Source of the DNA: an uncultured cyanobacterium
Lineage (GTDB): Bacteria; Cyanobacteriota; Cyanobacteriia; Cyanobacteriales; Microcystaceae
NCBI GenBank assembly: GCA_963807635.1
Contig: CAWEDJ010000028.1
Location: 60,823 to 124,822, forward strand
DNA length: 64,000 bases
Direction: 5' to 3'
A program made the position numbers and the translations under genes. Numbering within the stretch: the stretch's first letter is position 1; each line of letters opens with the position of its first letter. The notes under the pieces were generated by a model. The model searched no databases. It was given only the letters and a program-made list of their open reading frames with translations, and was not told where the DNA came from. Shown in pieces: positions 1 to 11,005 of this stretch.

Positions 1-1
1 A

Positions 2-898
2 GATGTAGGGCAGTACGGCGGTTCCTACAAAGTAACGAAAGATTTATACGAAAAATACGGTGAATGGCGGGTACTGGATACACCCATTGCTGAAAATAGT
101 TTTACAGGCATGGCCGTCGGTTCAGCGATGACAGGTTTGCGTCCCATTATTGAAGGAATGAACATGGGCTTTTTGCTGCTCGCCTTCAATCAAATTGCCA
201 ATAACGCGGGAATGCTCCGTTATACTTCTGGGGGAAATTTTAAAATTCCGATGGTGATTCGGGGGCCAGGCGGAGTGGGCAGACAACTCGGTGCAGAACA
301 TTCCCAACGACTAGAAGCCTATTTTCACGCCGTCCCAGGGCTAAAAATTGTCGCTTGTTCTACTCCCTACAATGCCAAAGGTCTTTTAAAGGCTGCCATT
401 CGTGACGATAATCCCGTCCTATTTTTTGAACACGTTTTACTCTACAACCTCAAAGAAAACCTGCCCGATGGGGAATATATTGTTCCCCTAGATAAGGCTG
501 AAATCGTTCGTCCTGGGAAAGACATTACTATTCTCACCTATTCTCGGATGCGTCACCATTGTTTACAGGCTCTCAAACAAATCGAAAAAGATGGTTACGA
601 CCCTGAAATTATTGATCTCATTTCCCTCAAACCCTTTGACATGGAAACGATTGGAGCATCTATTCGCAAAACCCATCGGGTAATTATTGTCGAAGAATGT
701 ATGAAAACGGGCGGGATCGCAGTGGAATTAATGTCTTTGATCACCGAGCAGTTTTTTGATGAACTAGATTCTCCTGTGGTGCGATTATCTTCCCAGGATA
801 TTCCGACTCCCTATAACGGAGCCTTGGAACGGTTAACCATTGTTCAGCCTCATCAGATTGCCGAAGCCGTTAAGAAAATGATGAATTTAGGTTTCTAA
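2..898 (+). CDS. pdhB: Pyruvate dehydrogenase E1 beta subunit, 5' end outside the window
   Basis: Frame is open from base 2 ([16 protein letters not shown]...DTPIAE), continuing into GAEHSQRLE and [10 protein letters not shown], typical of cyanobacterial/plastid PdhB. Confidence 0.96.
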   Translation, partial: DVGQYGGSYKVTKDLYEKYGEWRVLDTPIAENSFTGMAVGSAMTGLRPIIEGMNMGFLLLAFNQIANNAGMLRYTSGGNFKIPMVIRGPGGVGRQLGAEHSQRLEAYFHAVPGLKIVACSTPYNAKGLLKAAIRDDNPVLFFEHVLLYNLKENLPDGEYIVPLDKAEIVRPGKDITILTYSRMRHHCLQALKQIEKDGYDPEIIDLISLKPFDMETIGASIRKTHRVIIVEECMKTGGIAVELMSLITEQFFDELDSPVVRLSSQDIPTPYNGALERLTIVQPHQIAEAVKKMMNLGF

Positions 899-1026
899 TC
901 GTAGATTTAGGTTAAATAAATCGCAATCCAGCAAACACGCACGATGGATTACAGTTTATTTAAGGATTTGTTCCATTTCTTTGGGGTTAATCTAGGTTAT
1001 TGGGTTCTACAGACTATTTAAGTTTA

Positions 1027-1050
1027 AGGGCGCACGCCATGCGCCCCTAC
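1027..1050. repeat. REP-like GTAG-tailed palindrome
   Basis: AGGGCGCA-cgcca-TGCGCCCCTAC hairpin ending in CTAC, between pdhB and secD. Confidence 0.55.
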
Positions 1051-1098
1051 TAAAACTAATTTTTTTACACAACTGTATAGTAAATTAGACTCTGTTTT

Positions 1099-1129
1099 GT
1101 TGGGTTTGTCTGTATTTAACCCAACTTAC
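1099..1129. repeat. Second REP-like palindrome
   Basis: GTTGGGTT...AACCCAAC-TTAC inverted repeat resembling cyanobacterial GTAGGTTGGG repeats. Confidence 0.45.
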
Positions 1130-1227
1130 TTTTTTAATGTCATAGCGTTAAGACCCTATTTTTTGGTAGAGTTCAAAAATATCAGGCTCAACACCTATCT
1201 TTCTATTTCTTACTTCCTTCTTCCCGT

Positions 1228-2646
1228 ATGCAAAAACAGCGTTGGTTAATTGCCCTCATCCTAACTCTAGTGGTCGGTTCCTTTGTGGTTTTGTTTAAAC
1301 TACCTCTACAACTCGGTTTAGACCTCCGAGGGGGGGCGCAGTTAACGATGGAAGTCCAACCGACCAAAGAAGTCACTCAAATTAAACCAGAAGATCTGGC
1401 CGCCGTTAAAACCGTAATTGAAAATCGGGTCAATGCCTTGGGGGTATCGGAACCCTTAGTGCAAACAGTGGGGCAGGATAAAATTTTGGTGCAATTGCCT
1501 GGGGTCACTAATCCTGAACAGGCAGAACGGATTTTAGGGGGAACGGCTCAACTAGAATTTCGGGAACAAAAGCAGGGAACGGAAGGAGAATTTCAGGCTG
1601 AATATAGCATTAAACGCCAATTAGAGGCTCAATCGGTTTTTTTGAGAAAGCAAAATGTTGATCCGACTAAATTAACAGAATTAATTAAATCTCTAGATGG
1701 TTCTAATCAAGCGATTCTAAAACTATTTGAACCGGTTGGATTGACAGGAAAAAATCTCAAGGATGCTCGTCCTTCTCCCACTCAGGCGGGTAATGCGTGG
1801 GAAGTGGCGATTCGTTTTGATGAATTTGGTGGTCAGAAGTTTGCCGAGTTAACCAAAAATTTAGCGGGAACGGGTCGGAGTATCGGAATTTTTCTGGATA
1901 ATAGTTTGATTAGTGCGCCAGTGGTCGGGGTTGAGTTTGCGAGTACGGGAATTTCGGGCGGTAGTGCGGTTATTACGGGCAATTTTACGGTAGAAACTGC
2001 CAATGATTTAGCAGTGCAGTTGAGAGGCGGATCTTTACCTTTCCCTGTAAAAGTGGTGGAAAATCGGACGGTGGGAGCAACTCTTGGGCAAGATAGTATT
2101 CGTCGTAGTATTGTTGCTGGGGCGGCTGGATTATCCTTGGTTCTCATCTTTATGGCGGTTTATTATCGCTTGCCTGGGGTTATTGCCGATGTATCCTTGT
2201 TAATCTATACCTTATTGAGTCTGGCGGCTTTTGCTTTGATCGGGGTGACGTTAACTCTTCCAGGAATTGCGGGTTTTATTCTGAGTATTGGGATGGCAGT
2301 GGATGCCAATGTGCTGATTTTTGAGCGGACTCGTGAGGAATTGCGGGCGGGGAACACGCTCTATCGGTCAGTTGAAGGCGGTTTTTATCGGGCTTTTTCC
2401 AGTATTTTGGATAGTAATGTGACGACTTTGATTGCCTGTGGCGCACTTTTTTGGTTGGGTTCAGGTTTGGTTAAGGGCTTTGCGTTGACCTTGGCGATCG
2501 GGGTTATGGTCAGTATGTTTACGGCTTTGACCTGTAGCCGCACGTTACTCTTAATGGTCGTTCTGGGAGTGCCTGGCATTCGTCAAAAACCTGAGTTATT
2601 TTGTCCCAACTTAGACAATGCCGCGATCGCGAAAGGTTCGGTGTAG
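1228..2646 (+). CDS. secD: Protein translocase subunit SecD
   Basis: LGLDLRGG, GVSEP, GMAVDANVLIFER and ILDSNVTT motifs. Confidence 0.97.
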   Translation: MQKQRWLIALILTLVVGSFVVLFKLPLQLGLDLRGGAQLTMEVQPTKEVTQIKPEDLAAVKTVIENRVNALGVSEPLVQTVGQDKILVQLPGVTNPEQAERILGGTAQLEFREQKQGTEGEFQAEYSIKRQLEAQSVFLRKQNVDPTKLTELIKSLDGSNQAILKLFEPVGLTGKNLKDARPSPTQAGNAWEVAIRFDEFGGQKFAELTKNLAGTGRSIGIFLDNSLISAPVVGVEFASTGISGGSAVITGNFTVETANDLAVQLRGGSLPFPVKVVENRTVGATLGQDSIRRSIVAGAAGLSLVLIFMAVYYRLPGVIADVSLLIYTLLSLAAFALIGVTLTLPGIAGFILSIGMAVDANVLIFERTREELRAGNTLYRSVEGGFYRAFSSILDSNVTTLIACGALFWLGSGLVKGFALTLAIGVMVSMFTALTCSRTLLLMVVLGVPGIRQKPELFCPNLDNAAIAKGSV

Positions 2647-2693
2647 GCGATCGCGATTAAATCAGTAATTAAATTATTAGGAGAAGCAAAAAA

Positions 2694-3623
2694 ATGAGAA
2701 TTGATGTGATTAAACGGGAAAAATTTTGGTGGTCAACTTCCGTTTTTATTATTGCCTTTGGTCTGATTGCGATGGCGGTTTCCTGGTCAATTATTGGCAC
2801 ACCTTTAAAGCCTAGCTTAGATTTTATCGGTGGAACTCGTTTACAATTGCAACTAGAATGTGCCGTTAATAAGAGTTGTGCCGAACCGATTGATGCGGCT
2901 AAGGTACGTTCTGTTTTAGATGAGGAAGGATTGGGAGCAAGTGGCATTCAAATTGTTGAAGATTATACTTTGTCCATTCGTGCTAAAACCCTGGATGTGG
3001 GAGAAAGAACCAAACTTCAACAAGTTCTAACGGAAAAAATTGGTAAATTTAATCCTGAAACCATTCAAATTGACACAGTTGGCCCGACCATCGGCAAAGA
3101 ATTATTTACTTCTGGACTGTTAGCGTTAATTCTTTCTTTTGCGGGTATTGCTGTTTATTTAAACTTTCGTTTTCAATCAGATTATGCCTTTTTCGCGATC
3201 GTTGCCTTATTTCACGACATTTTATTAACCGTCGGAATTTTTGCGATTTTAGGGTTAGTAGCAGGTGTAGAAGTTGATAGTTTATTTTTAGTGGCGTTGT
3301 TAACGATTATCGGTTTTTCAGTCAATGATACTGTCGTTATTTATGACCGCATTCGAGAAAATTTAGAGAAATATCCCGATGAGCCGATTAATGACATTGT
3401 GGATGATTCTGTTAATCAAACCCTATCCCGTTCTATTAATACAACTTTAACGGTGTTATTACCCCTGGTAGCAATTTTCTTCTTTGGTGGTGAGACTTTA
3501 AAATATTTTGCTTTAGCTTTAATTATTGGCTTTTCAACGGGAGCCTATTCGAGTATTTTTATTGCTAGTACCCTACTCGCTTGGTGGCGTAATCGTCCAA
3601 GTTTAAAGAAAGCAACGTCTTGA
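2694..3623 (+). CDS. secF: Protein translocase subunit SecF
   Basis: [29 protein letters not shown] and GAYSSIFIA motifs; follows secD. Confidence 0.97.
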   Translation: MRIDVIKREKFWWSTSVFIIAFGLIAMAVSWSIIGTPLKPSLDFIGGTRLQLQLECAVNKSCAEPIDAAKVRSVLDEEGLGASGIQIVEDYTLSIRAKTLDVGERTKLQQVLTEKIGKFNPETIQIDTVGPTIGKELFTSGLLALILSFAGIAVYLNFRFQSDYAFFAIVALFHDILLTVGIFAILGLVAGVEVDSLFLVALLTIIGFSVNDTVVIYDRIRENLEKYPDEPINDIVDDSVNQTLSRSINTTLTVLLPLVAIFFFGGETLKYFALALIIGFSTGAYSSIFIASTLLAWWRNRPSLKKATS

Positions 3624-3742
3624 TTTAACTCTTCATTACTAACGAATACTCCCAAATCTGATCACTCGTTGCTAAATTCTGATAAAATTCGATTTGGCTC
3701 CCGTTTTGATTATTCATTGACCCCTATCGAGAAAAGCACACC

Positions 3743-5013
3743 ATGATTCACGACATCTTCATGCCAGCCCTGAGTTCGACGATGACCGAAGGAAAAATCG
3801 TTTCCTGGGTTAAATCTCCTGGCGACAAAGCTGGCCAAGGGAGAAACCGTTTTGGTCGTCGAGTCAGATAAGGCCGATATGGATGTGGAATCCTTCTATG
3901 AGGGTTATTTGGCCATTATTCTCGTCGAAGCAGGTAGTGAAGCTCCCGTTGGTTCCGCGATCGCGTTGATTGCCGAAACTGAAGCTGAAATTGCGATCGC
4001 CCAGGAACAGGGTAAAGCCGCCGCCGCTCCATCCCCAACCGCAGTTCCCACAACCGCTCCCGTTGTTGTAGAAGCCTCCCCTGTGACCGTTGCAACCACA
4101 ACGAATGGCAGTGGTCGATTAATTGCTTCACCGCTTGCCAAAAAACTGGCTAAAGAATTAAAAATTGATTTAAAAGGACTCCAAGGTAGTGGCCCTCACG
4201 GTCGAATTGTGGCAGAAGATGTAGAAAAAGCGGCTGGAAAAGCCCCAACAGTGGCCGCCGTGATCACTCCATCCTCCGTTGCAACGCCTACTCCCCAACC
4301 CGTTGTTTCAACTGTACCCATACCTGTTACCGCGATCGCAGGAGAAACCGTTCCCCTCACCACCTTCCAAAAAGCCCTGGTGCAGAACATGGTGTCCGCC
4401 ATGCAGGCCCCGACTTTCCGAGTGGCTTATACCATCACCACCGATGGACTGGATAAGCTTTATAAACAGGTCAAATCCAAAGGCGTAACCATGACGGCCC
4501 TTTTAGCCAAAGCGGTTGCTGTCACCCTGAAAAAACATCCCCTTGTCAATGCCAACTACACAGAAAAAGGCATTCAACACAACGCCGCCATCAATATTTC
4601 GATCGCGGTCGCCATGCCCGATGGCGGTTTGATTACCCCTGTTTTACAAAATGCGGATCAAGTGGATCTTTATTCCCTTTCTCGTCGTTGGAAAGAATTA
4701 GTCGAACGGGCGCGGGCTAAGCAGTTGCAACCCGAAGAATACAGCACGGGAACTTTCACGATTTCTAATTTGGGAATGTTTGCGAGTCGATCGCTTTGAT
4801 GCCATTTTACCCCCTGGTCAGGGAGCGATTTTAGCCGTCGGTGCGTCTAGTCCCCAGGTGGTGGCAACCAATGAGGGCTTAATGGGCATCAAACGTCAAA
4901 TGTGTGTAAACATCACCTGTGACCACCGAGTGATCTACGGGGCTCACGCCGCCGCTTTCCTACAGGATTTGGCAACGTTGATTGAAAGCAATGCTCAATC
5001 TTTAACCCTCTAA
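3743..5013 (+). CDS. pdhC: Pyruvate dehydrogenase E2 dihydrolipoamide acetyltransferase, with two apparent frameshifts (~3831, ~4783)
   Basis: MIHDIFMPALSSTMTEGKIVSW start at 3743, lipoyl ESDKA, E3-binding GSGPHGRI and catalytic DHRVIYG, spread over successive frames. Confidence 0.93.
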
Positions 5014-5142
5014 AAACCACGTCTGTTGAATTTTCTCATCTCCCAAAAACTGCTCTAAAATGGAGGTAAGTTTCTTCTTGCTTGTTTGCAGTTAATCAAG
5101 CAGGGAAAAGATTAGCCAAATTATTGAGAATTGCCAAGATAT

Positions 5143-5430
5143 ATGAGTCCCTTATTGCCTCGGTTTGTTAAAATTGCCTATCGTAAAGAACCCATTTCTA
5201 GTTTTATTTTGATTGTGGGGGCAGTCGATGTGGTGATTGGGGGAATGGGCGAAAAATGGAGTTTATTGTCGATTGGGGTTGCAACTGCCCTCTTAGCGGT
5301 AGGAATGCGTTGGTGGCAATCCCAGAAATCCGAGGCGATCGCGGTGGAACAACCTCCCAGACGCTATTTACCCCCAGCCTCTTCCCGCGCCCCGTTACCT
5401 AATTTAACCAAAGAAAATCGGCATTACTAA
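5143..5430 (+). CDS. Small hypothetical membrane protein
   Basis: Two hydrophobic segments (YRKEPISSFILIVGAVD..., LLSIGVATALLAVG) and a Pro-rich tail. Confidence 0.7.
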   Translation: MSPLLPRFVKIAYRKEPISSFILIVGAVDVVIGGMGEKWSLLSIGVATALLAVGMRWWQSQKSEAIAVEQPPRRYLPPASSRAPLPNLTKENRHY

Positions 5431-5444
5431 ATCCGTTAACGGGA

Positions 5445-7013
5445 TTAATATTTCTCTAATTCGGCGATCGCTTCGGCTAATTCAAACAACGGTGCCAAAA
5501 CCGTTTCAAAGGGTAAGGTCTGCTTTTTTAGATCTGGTTCGTAATTTTCAGCATAGATATTCAGATTCACCCGTTCGTTGGATTGATAGGGAGTATCTAG
5601 TTTAAAAAGTAATCGTGAACCATCGGTAAAAACCAGGTTTAAGCCAACCTGTTCTACTCGTTGAAACTGTAATTCATTATAAAATTTTAGGGGCTGACTA
5701 TAGGCGACTTGATAGGGGCCGTATTCTTTCCCCTTAAGATTTAGGGTCGTCAAAGCGTGCAATTTATCATACATCGCAGAGAAGGTTAATCCTGGATAAA
5801 GTTGACAGCCGTGATAATTTCTGCCGTATTTTTGCCAATGATTTTGAACAGTTTTAAGGACGGATTGGGGACGAGCTGCGAGTAAATTTAGCCAAAATAA
5901 TAGGGCCCAGAGTCCATCAGTTTCTCGGCTATAATTTGCGCCAATTTGTCCCTCTTCGTTGCCGCCAAAAGTTACTCCTTGAATGTCCATCAGTTGACTG
6001 GTAAAAGTCCAATCAGTAGGGGTTTCATAACAGACAATATCTAAGGCGGTACAGGCATGATCGACCGCAGTACTGGCAAATAGCGATCGCGTTATGGCGT
6101 TGACCGCTCCTCGGTAAGCAGGAATGAGGGGAGAATTTGCCGTTAAAATCGCTAAACTATCACTGGCGGTTACCCCAATATTTTTGCCAAAAATCCCGTA
6201 GCGATCGCCCACCAAAATACAGGTGATATCGGGGGGATCAATTTTCCAAGGAAGATTGGTAGTTCCGATTAAAGCATCTAGAAAGATCGGAGCCATTTCA
6301 AAGGTGACAGTCCCTGGTAATAAACCCAGATTTTTTTCTAATAAATGTTGACTATAAGCGTAATTAATGGGGTCAAGACAGGTTACCACCACTCGAAAAT
6401 CTTGAGTTTTTAAAAAGTGTTGAATACTATCTAAATCAAAAATCGAAGACATCAATTTTTCGTAGATTGCGGCGGAATTAACCACTTCAACTGTCAAGTT
6501 TTCCAGGGCAACAATCCCTAAACGATTGAGGGAAATATCACTGCTGTCTAAAATTTGATAATTCTGAATAATTTGGGTGCGTTCTTGAATTCCTTCTAAA
6601 GCGTTGAAGGTTGCCTTGGAACCATTACCTAAATAATAATCGAGATGGATTTCTCCGCCCTTTTCTGAAGAATGAATCTGAATTAAAATTCCTGCGATCG
6701 CCGTGTGACGACGAATGAGGTAGGACGCGATCCCAGGAGAAAGTAATCCTTGGGAACCGACAATCACTTTCCCAAAGCCATTAGCGGCGGCTAACTTGAT
6801 AATGGTTTGTAAAAATCCCTGGGTGATATCCTGACCGTCTCCGCCTAAAACGAGAGTTTGACCCTGCCGATTGGGGAGAATTGTAAAAAAACTTTGGACA
6901 GCATTTTCTAGATAATGGGGTTGCCGAAAAACCGACAGGGGCTTACGCAGACCATAGGGGAACAGTTTTTGATCCGCAAAGGGTTGGGTGGGAACTGTCC
7001 GAAGAAGGGTCAT
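5445..7013 (-). CDS. Phosphoglucomutase-like protein with degenerate catalytic motifs
   Basis: Full-length PGM framework (GLRK, QPHYLEN, LGGDG, YETPT, HWQKYGRNY, FTDGSR) but no SASHNP or DxDxDR. Confidence 0.8.
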   Translation of the reverse strand: MTLLRTVPTQPFADQKLFPYGLRKPLSVFRQPHYLENAVQSFFTILPNRQGQTLVLGGDGQDITQGFLQTIIKLAAANGFGKVIVGSQGLLSPGIASYLIRRHTAIAGILIQIHSSEKGGEIHLDYYLGNGSKATFNALEGIQERTQIIQNYQILDSSDISLNRLGIVALENLTVEVVNSAAIYEKLMSSIFDLDSIQHFLKTQDFRVVVTCLDPINYAYSQHLLEKNLGLLPGTVTFEMAPIFLDALIGTTNLPWKIDPPDITCILVGDRYGIFGKNIGVTASDSLAILTANSPLIPAYRGAVNAITRSLFASTAVDHACTALDIVCYETPTDWTFTSQLMDIQGVTFGGNEEGQIGANYSRETDGLWALLFWLNLLAARPQSVLKTVQNHWQKYGRNYHGCQLYPGLTFSAMYDKLHALTTLNLKGKEYGPYQVAYSQPLKFYNELQFQRVEQVGLNLVFTDGSRLLFKLDTPYQSNERVNLNIYAENYEPDLKKQTLPFETVLAPLFELAEAIAELEKY

Positions 7014-7738
7014 AGGTTACTGTGAGAATGGGGGATATTTTCTGACGGGGACGGAGCAGTGGGGGAATGCAGGTTTTCGGGTTGACTGACCTTGGCTCGG
7101 TACAAAAGCTTTTTACCCTGGCGATAACCCACATAACGCACGATGACGGTACTGCCCGCTTCAACGGTTCCATCCATTAATTGATGCCATTGGGGATTAT
7201 AACTGACGCTTTCTCCCACCGCCGCGATCGCTTCAATTTTCCATTGTTGCAGAAGATTCGCCAATGGTTTCATCAGAGGTAATAACTTAATGGCAGGAAA
7301 TTGGGGATTTTTATGGGCGGCGGCCGCGGCAGTAGGCCATTGCAGTAACCAGGATTCTAAAATCGTGATGGCGTGATTTTGAAATTCCTGAACTAAGGTT
7401 TCCCGTTGTTGATCAAATTTTTGCTGGAGTTTTTGATATTCCGACTCTAACCGTTCGATCTCTGCACTGCGATCGTCAGTGTTGGGTTCGATTTCCGTTG
7501 GGGAATAGCCTGAATCAGGACAAAGCTGGGCTAACACTTTTTCAGGAGAAAGTTTGAGAGCAGTGGCTAATTTAATCAAATTTTCCACAGACATTTTAGA
7601 CAATAACCCGTACTGAATACGAGCTAATTGCCAACTAGAGAGTCCCGAAATTTGGCTTAATTCGTCAAGATCAGCAATTCCCGCCTGTTGCATCAGGTCG
7701 GCTAAAGGGAGGGCATAGGGAGGAAGCGTTGATTTCAT
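7010..7738 (-). CDS. XRE-type HTH, coiled coil and GrpE-like C-terminal domain protein
   Basis: N-terminal HTH; C-terminal YNPQWHQL...VRYVGY...LLYRAKV resembles the GrpE beta domain. Confidence 0.7.
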   Translation of the reverse strand: MKSTLPPYALPLADLMQQAGIADLDELSQISGLSSWQLARIQYGLLSKMSVENLIKLATALKLSPEKVLAQLCPDSGYSPTEIEPNTDDRSAEIERLESEYQKLQQKFDQQRETLVQEFQNHAITILESWLLQWPTAAAAAHKNPQFPAIKLLPLMKPLANLLQQWKIEAIAAVGESVSYNPQWHQLMDGTVEAGSTVIVRYVGYRQGKKLLYRAKVSQPENLHSPTAPSPSENIPHSHSNL

Positions 7739-7887
7739 AATTTCATAGTGGAGTAAGAGTAAAACTTAATAATAGTTGAAAATTTTAACCCCCATTCCAC
7801 CAGTACCGAAGAACTTTTAAACAATTTCACAATCCTTACCGAACAAGGACTTTAAGCTTTCGTTCAGTTCCGCAGTCCAGCGATCGC

Positions 7888-9394
7888 CTAAACATCATAA
7901 CCAAATAAATTAGGATTCACCTCGGTTAAATTGAGATCCCCTAAACCGTATTCTTGCCAACGTTGAGTCACTTTTTCTGCCGTATCAGGATCGGACTCTA
8001 ACACCGCACCCCATTCATGATCGGTCTCAGGAGGAATTTTTGTGGTGGCATCAATGCCCATTCGTCCGCCTAAACCAATTTTTTCGCTGGCAAAATCCAG
8101 GGTATCAAAGGGTGTTTCGGGCAAAATAAAGACATCGCGCACAGGGTCAACCTTGGAACTGATCGCCCAAACCACTTGACGAGGATCGCGGATATTAATC
8201 GATTTATCGACCACAATCACAAATTTTGTATAGGTAAACTGGGGTAAGGCACTCCAAAAAGCGAGGGCGGCTCGTTTGGCTTGACCTGGATAGGCTTTAT
8301 CGATAGAAATAATGGCCGCTTTATAACTCAGGGCTTCCATCGGTAAGAAAAAGTCGGTAATTTCCGAAACCTGTTGGCGCAAAATGGGGGTATAGATGCG
8401 GTTAAGTGCGATCGCCATCATCGCTTCTTCCTTGGGAGGTCGGCCACTAAAAGTCGTGAGATAAATGGGATCTTTGCGATGGGTGATAGCATGAAAACGC
8501 ACTAGAGGAGAATCTTCCACACCGCCGTAATACCCCATGTGATCGCCAAAGGGGCCATCGGGTAACATTTCGCCAGGGGTCATGGTTCCTTCTAATACAA
8601 ATTCTGAGTCGGCAGGAACTTCTAAATCGACCGTTTTACAGCGAGCCAATTTTACGCCTGATCCCCCGTATAGACCCGCAAATAACCACTCCGATAGATC
8701 CACAGGAATGGGAGTAGCCGCCGCCATGATGATCAACGGATCGACTCCTAACGCGATCGCAATTTCTAATTTTTTTCCTGCTTCTGCGGCCTTGCGTAAG
8801 TGTCTGGCTCCTCCCCGCACCGAGAGCCAATGAACGGTCATGGTATTTTTGGATTGCAATTGCAGACGATAAACCCCCACATTGGGCGTACCTGTTTCGC
8901 AATCTTTGGTAATGACTAATCCCAAGGTAATAATTTGACCTGCATCGCCTGAATAGGGACGAATCATGGGGATTTGGGTTAAATCTACATCATCGCCTTC
9001 GATGACTATCTGTTGACAGGGGGGAAAATAATCGCGGCTCGGTTTGGCTTTGAGGACATCAAATAGCACTTTGCCAAAATCGATCGCTTGGGAGACGGTT
9101 TTGGGTGGTTTGGGTTGTTGCAACATGGACAATTTTTTGCCTAAATCCTCTAATTCCAAGGGATTTTCCATGTTCATTGCCCGACCAGATGCGTTCGACG
9201 GTTCCCATTAAATTGACGGCAATGGGAAAGGCTGAGTCTTTGACGTTTTCAAACAATAGGGCTGGGCCGCCTGCTTGCAACATTCGGTTGGCAATTTCTG
9301 CAACTTCGAGGTCGCGATCGACTGGGGCTGTGATGCGTCGTAATTGTCCCCGTTCTTCGAGCAGTTGGATGAATCCCCGTAAGTCTCTGGCCAT
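7888..9394 (-). CDS. ubiD: UbiD family prFMN-dependent decarboxylase, frameshift ~9180
   Basis: MARDLRGFI, GPALLFENV, NVGVYRLQ, DGPFGDHMGYY and GRMGIDAT motifs. Confidence 0.92.
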
Positions 9395-9500
9395 GATGAT
9401 TAAAAAACTATTAAGTTTAGAGTTATTTGTGTGATCCTAACAAAAATCAATCCCTTAAAACAAGCTATAATCGCGATAGTACTAAATTTTCCTGTCAAAA

Positions 9501-10865
9501 ATGTCCGATCAAGTAGAACTAACTGCTCAAAATGAATCCAACGAAAACCTTGACATAGGCAAATATCTTTCTTTGATTCTTCTAGAAATTATTAAAGATA
9601 ATCCCGATTATTTGCTAGACAAATATAAAGAACGTAACTGGCAAGATAAAAAATTTCAAGAAAGATTAATACAATATTTTTCTCAGAGTTTTAAAGAAAA
9701 TATTAGGCGAGAAGAGTTTTTAGCCAAGGCCATTTCCTTATTTCGTTTATTCCTTGTTCCTTTTACTTTCAATGACGAAAAAATTATTGACTTATGCATT
9801 AATACTTATTTCTCCGAAACCCATAGCTCAAACCAAAAATTAATCCAATCAACTTTAGAATTTTCGATTCTTTTAGTTGATATTGAAAACATTAGTTTAG
9901 ACGTTTTAGCAGAAGATTATATTAAAAAATCTTGCACCTATCCTTTAAAGCACTGTTTAGCATTTGGGAACTGGAAAAAGCTAGGACAAAAAGACGAAGA
10001 GCTTCATGAGAGAGGTTATGAACTATTTCATGTTCCTCAAGGGAAAAATAATGCAAATCATAGAATGACAAACATTGGTTCTTTTATTTGCCTAAATTAC
10101 CCTGGCATTAGGGAAATCTTTGTATGCTCTTCTGATAAAGATTTAGATATTTTATGTAATTTTCTATCAAAAAAAGATGTTATCGTTTATCGAGTCTTCA
10201 AAGAAATAAACAATTTGTGTATTAAAAATTTAAAGACAGAAGAAGCTTCATTATTTCCTATTATTTCCAATAGTAAACTTTTAAAATTAGAAACATTTAT
10301 TGAAGAGCTTAAACAGATCATCTATCAAGAGATTATAAATAATGAAAATAATCAACAGTGGTTCAGAATATCCCAAATCTCAGCTTTATTTTATAAAAAA
10401 CATAATCTTAGCCTTAATCAGGTTGTTGATTATCATTTTCCAGGGAAAAAAGCTAAATTTATCTTTGGTGAATATAAAAATGATTTTGTGATTCATAATC
10501 TTCCTGATACTCAAGAAATGTTTATTACTTTATTTGATATTAAATCAATAACTACGACATCAAGTAATCATTCTAAAAATATCAGCCAATCAAAATCAAC
10601 TTATTCTAAAGAATCTATAGAAAAAATACTTCTTACAATTGTTCAAGAAGAAATGAAGAAAGACAATAGCAAAAAAGTTGAGTCAAGCAAGATTGCTTCA
10701 CGTTTTATGTTACAGTGTAAAATCCCCATTACAAAAGCTCTTAAAGAAGCGAAATTGCCTAGCCAATATAAGTCATTTATTCAATCTACAGAAAAATTAG
10801 AAATTATAGTTAAGGGGAATAAACAATTTATTGGTCTTCGCTCAGATAAAACGAAGCCAACATAA
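9501..10865 (+). CDS. NYN-domain protein with C-terminal HTH/LOTUS-like regions
   Basis: LLVDIEN, AFGNW, HVPQGKN and CSSDKDL NYN motifs; AT-rich. Confidence 0.7.
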   Translation: MSDQVELTAQNESNENLDIGKYLSLILLEIIKDNPDYLLDKYKERNWQDKKFQERLIQYFSQSFKENIRREEFLAKAISLFRLFLVPFTFNDEKIIDLCINTYFSETHSSNQKLIQSTLEFSILLVDIENISLDVLAEDYIKKSCTYPLKHCLAFGNWKKLGQKDEELHERGYELFHVPQGKNNANHRMTNIGSFICLNYPGIREIFVCSSDKDLDILCNFLSKKDVIVYRVFKEINNLCIKNLKTEEASLFPIISNSKLLKLETFIEELKQIIYQEIINNENNQQWFRISQISALFYKKHNLSLNQVVDYHFPGKKAKFIFGEYKNDFVIHNLPDTQEMFITLFDIKSITTTSSNHSKNISQSKSTYSKESIEKILLTIVQEEMKKDNSKKVESSKIASRFMLQCKIPITKALKEAKLPSQYKSFIQSTEKLEIIVKGNKQFIGLRSDKTKPT

Positions 10866-11005
10866 ACTTCAATCCCCAAAATTTTATTTCGTAGACTGTC
10901 GAAAAGAAACCAATATATCAAAATAATGACAATCTTGCTAGAAATAATAAAGGTCTTTGCACATATCCAAAAGTCAGTTTGAGTCTAGGTTTTAAAATAT
11001 GTGCT

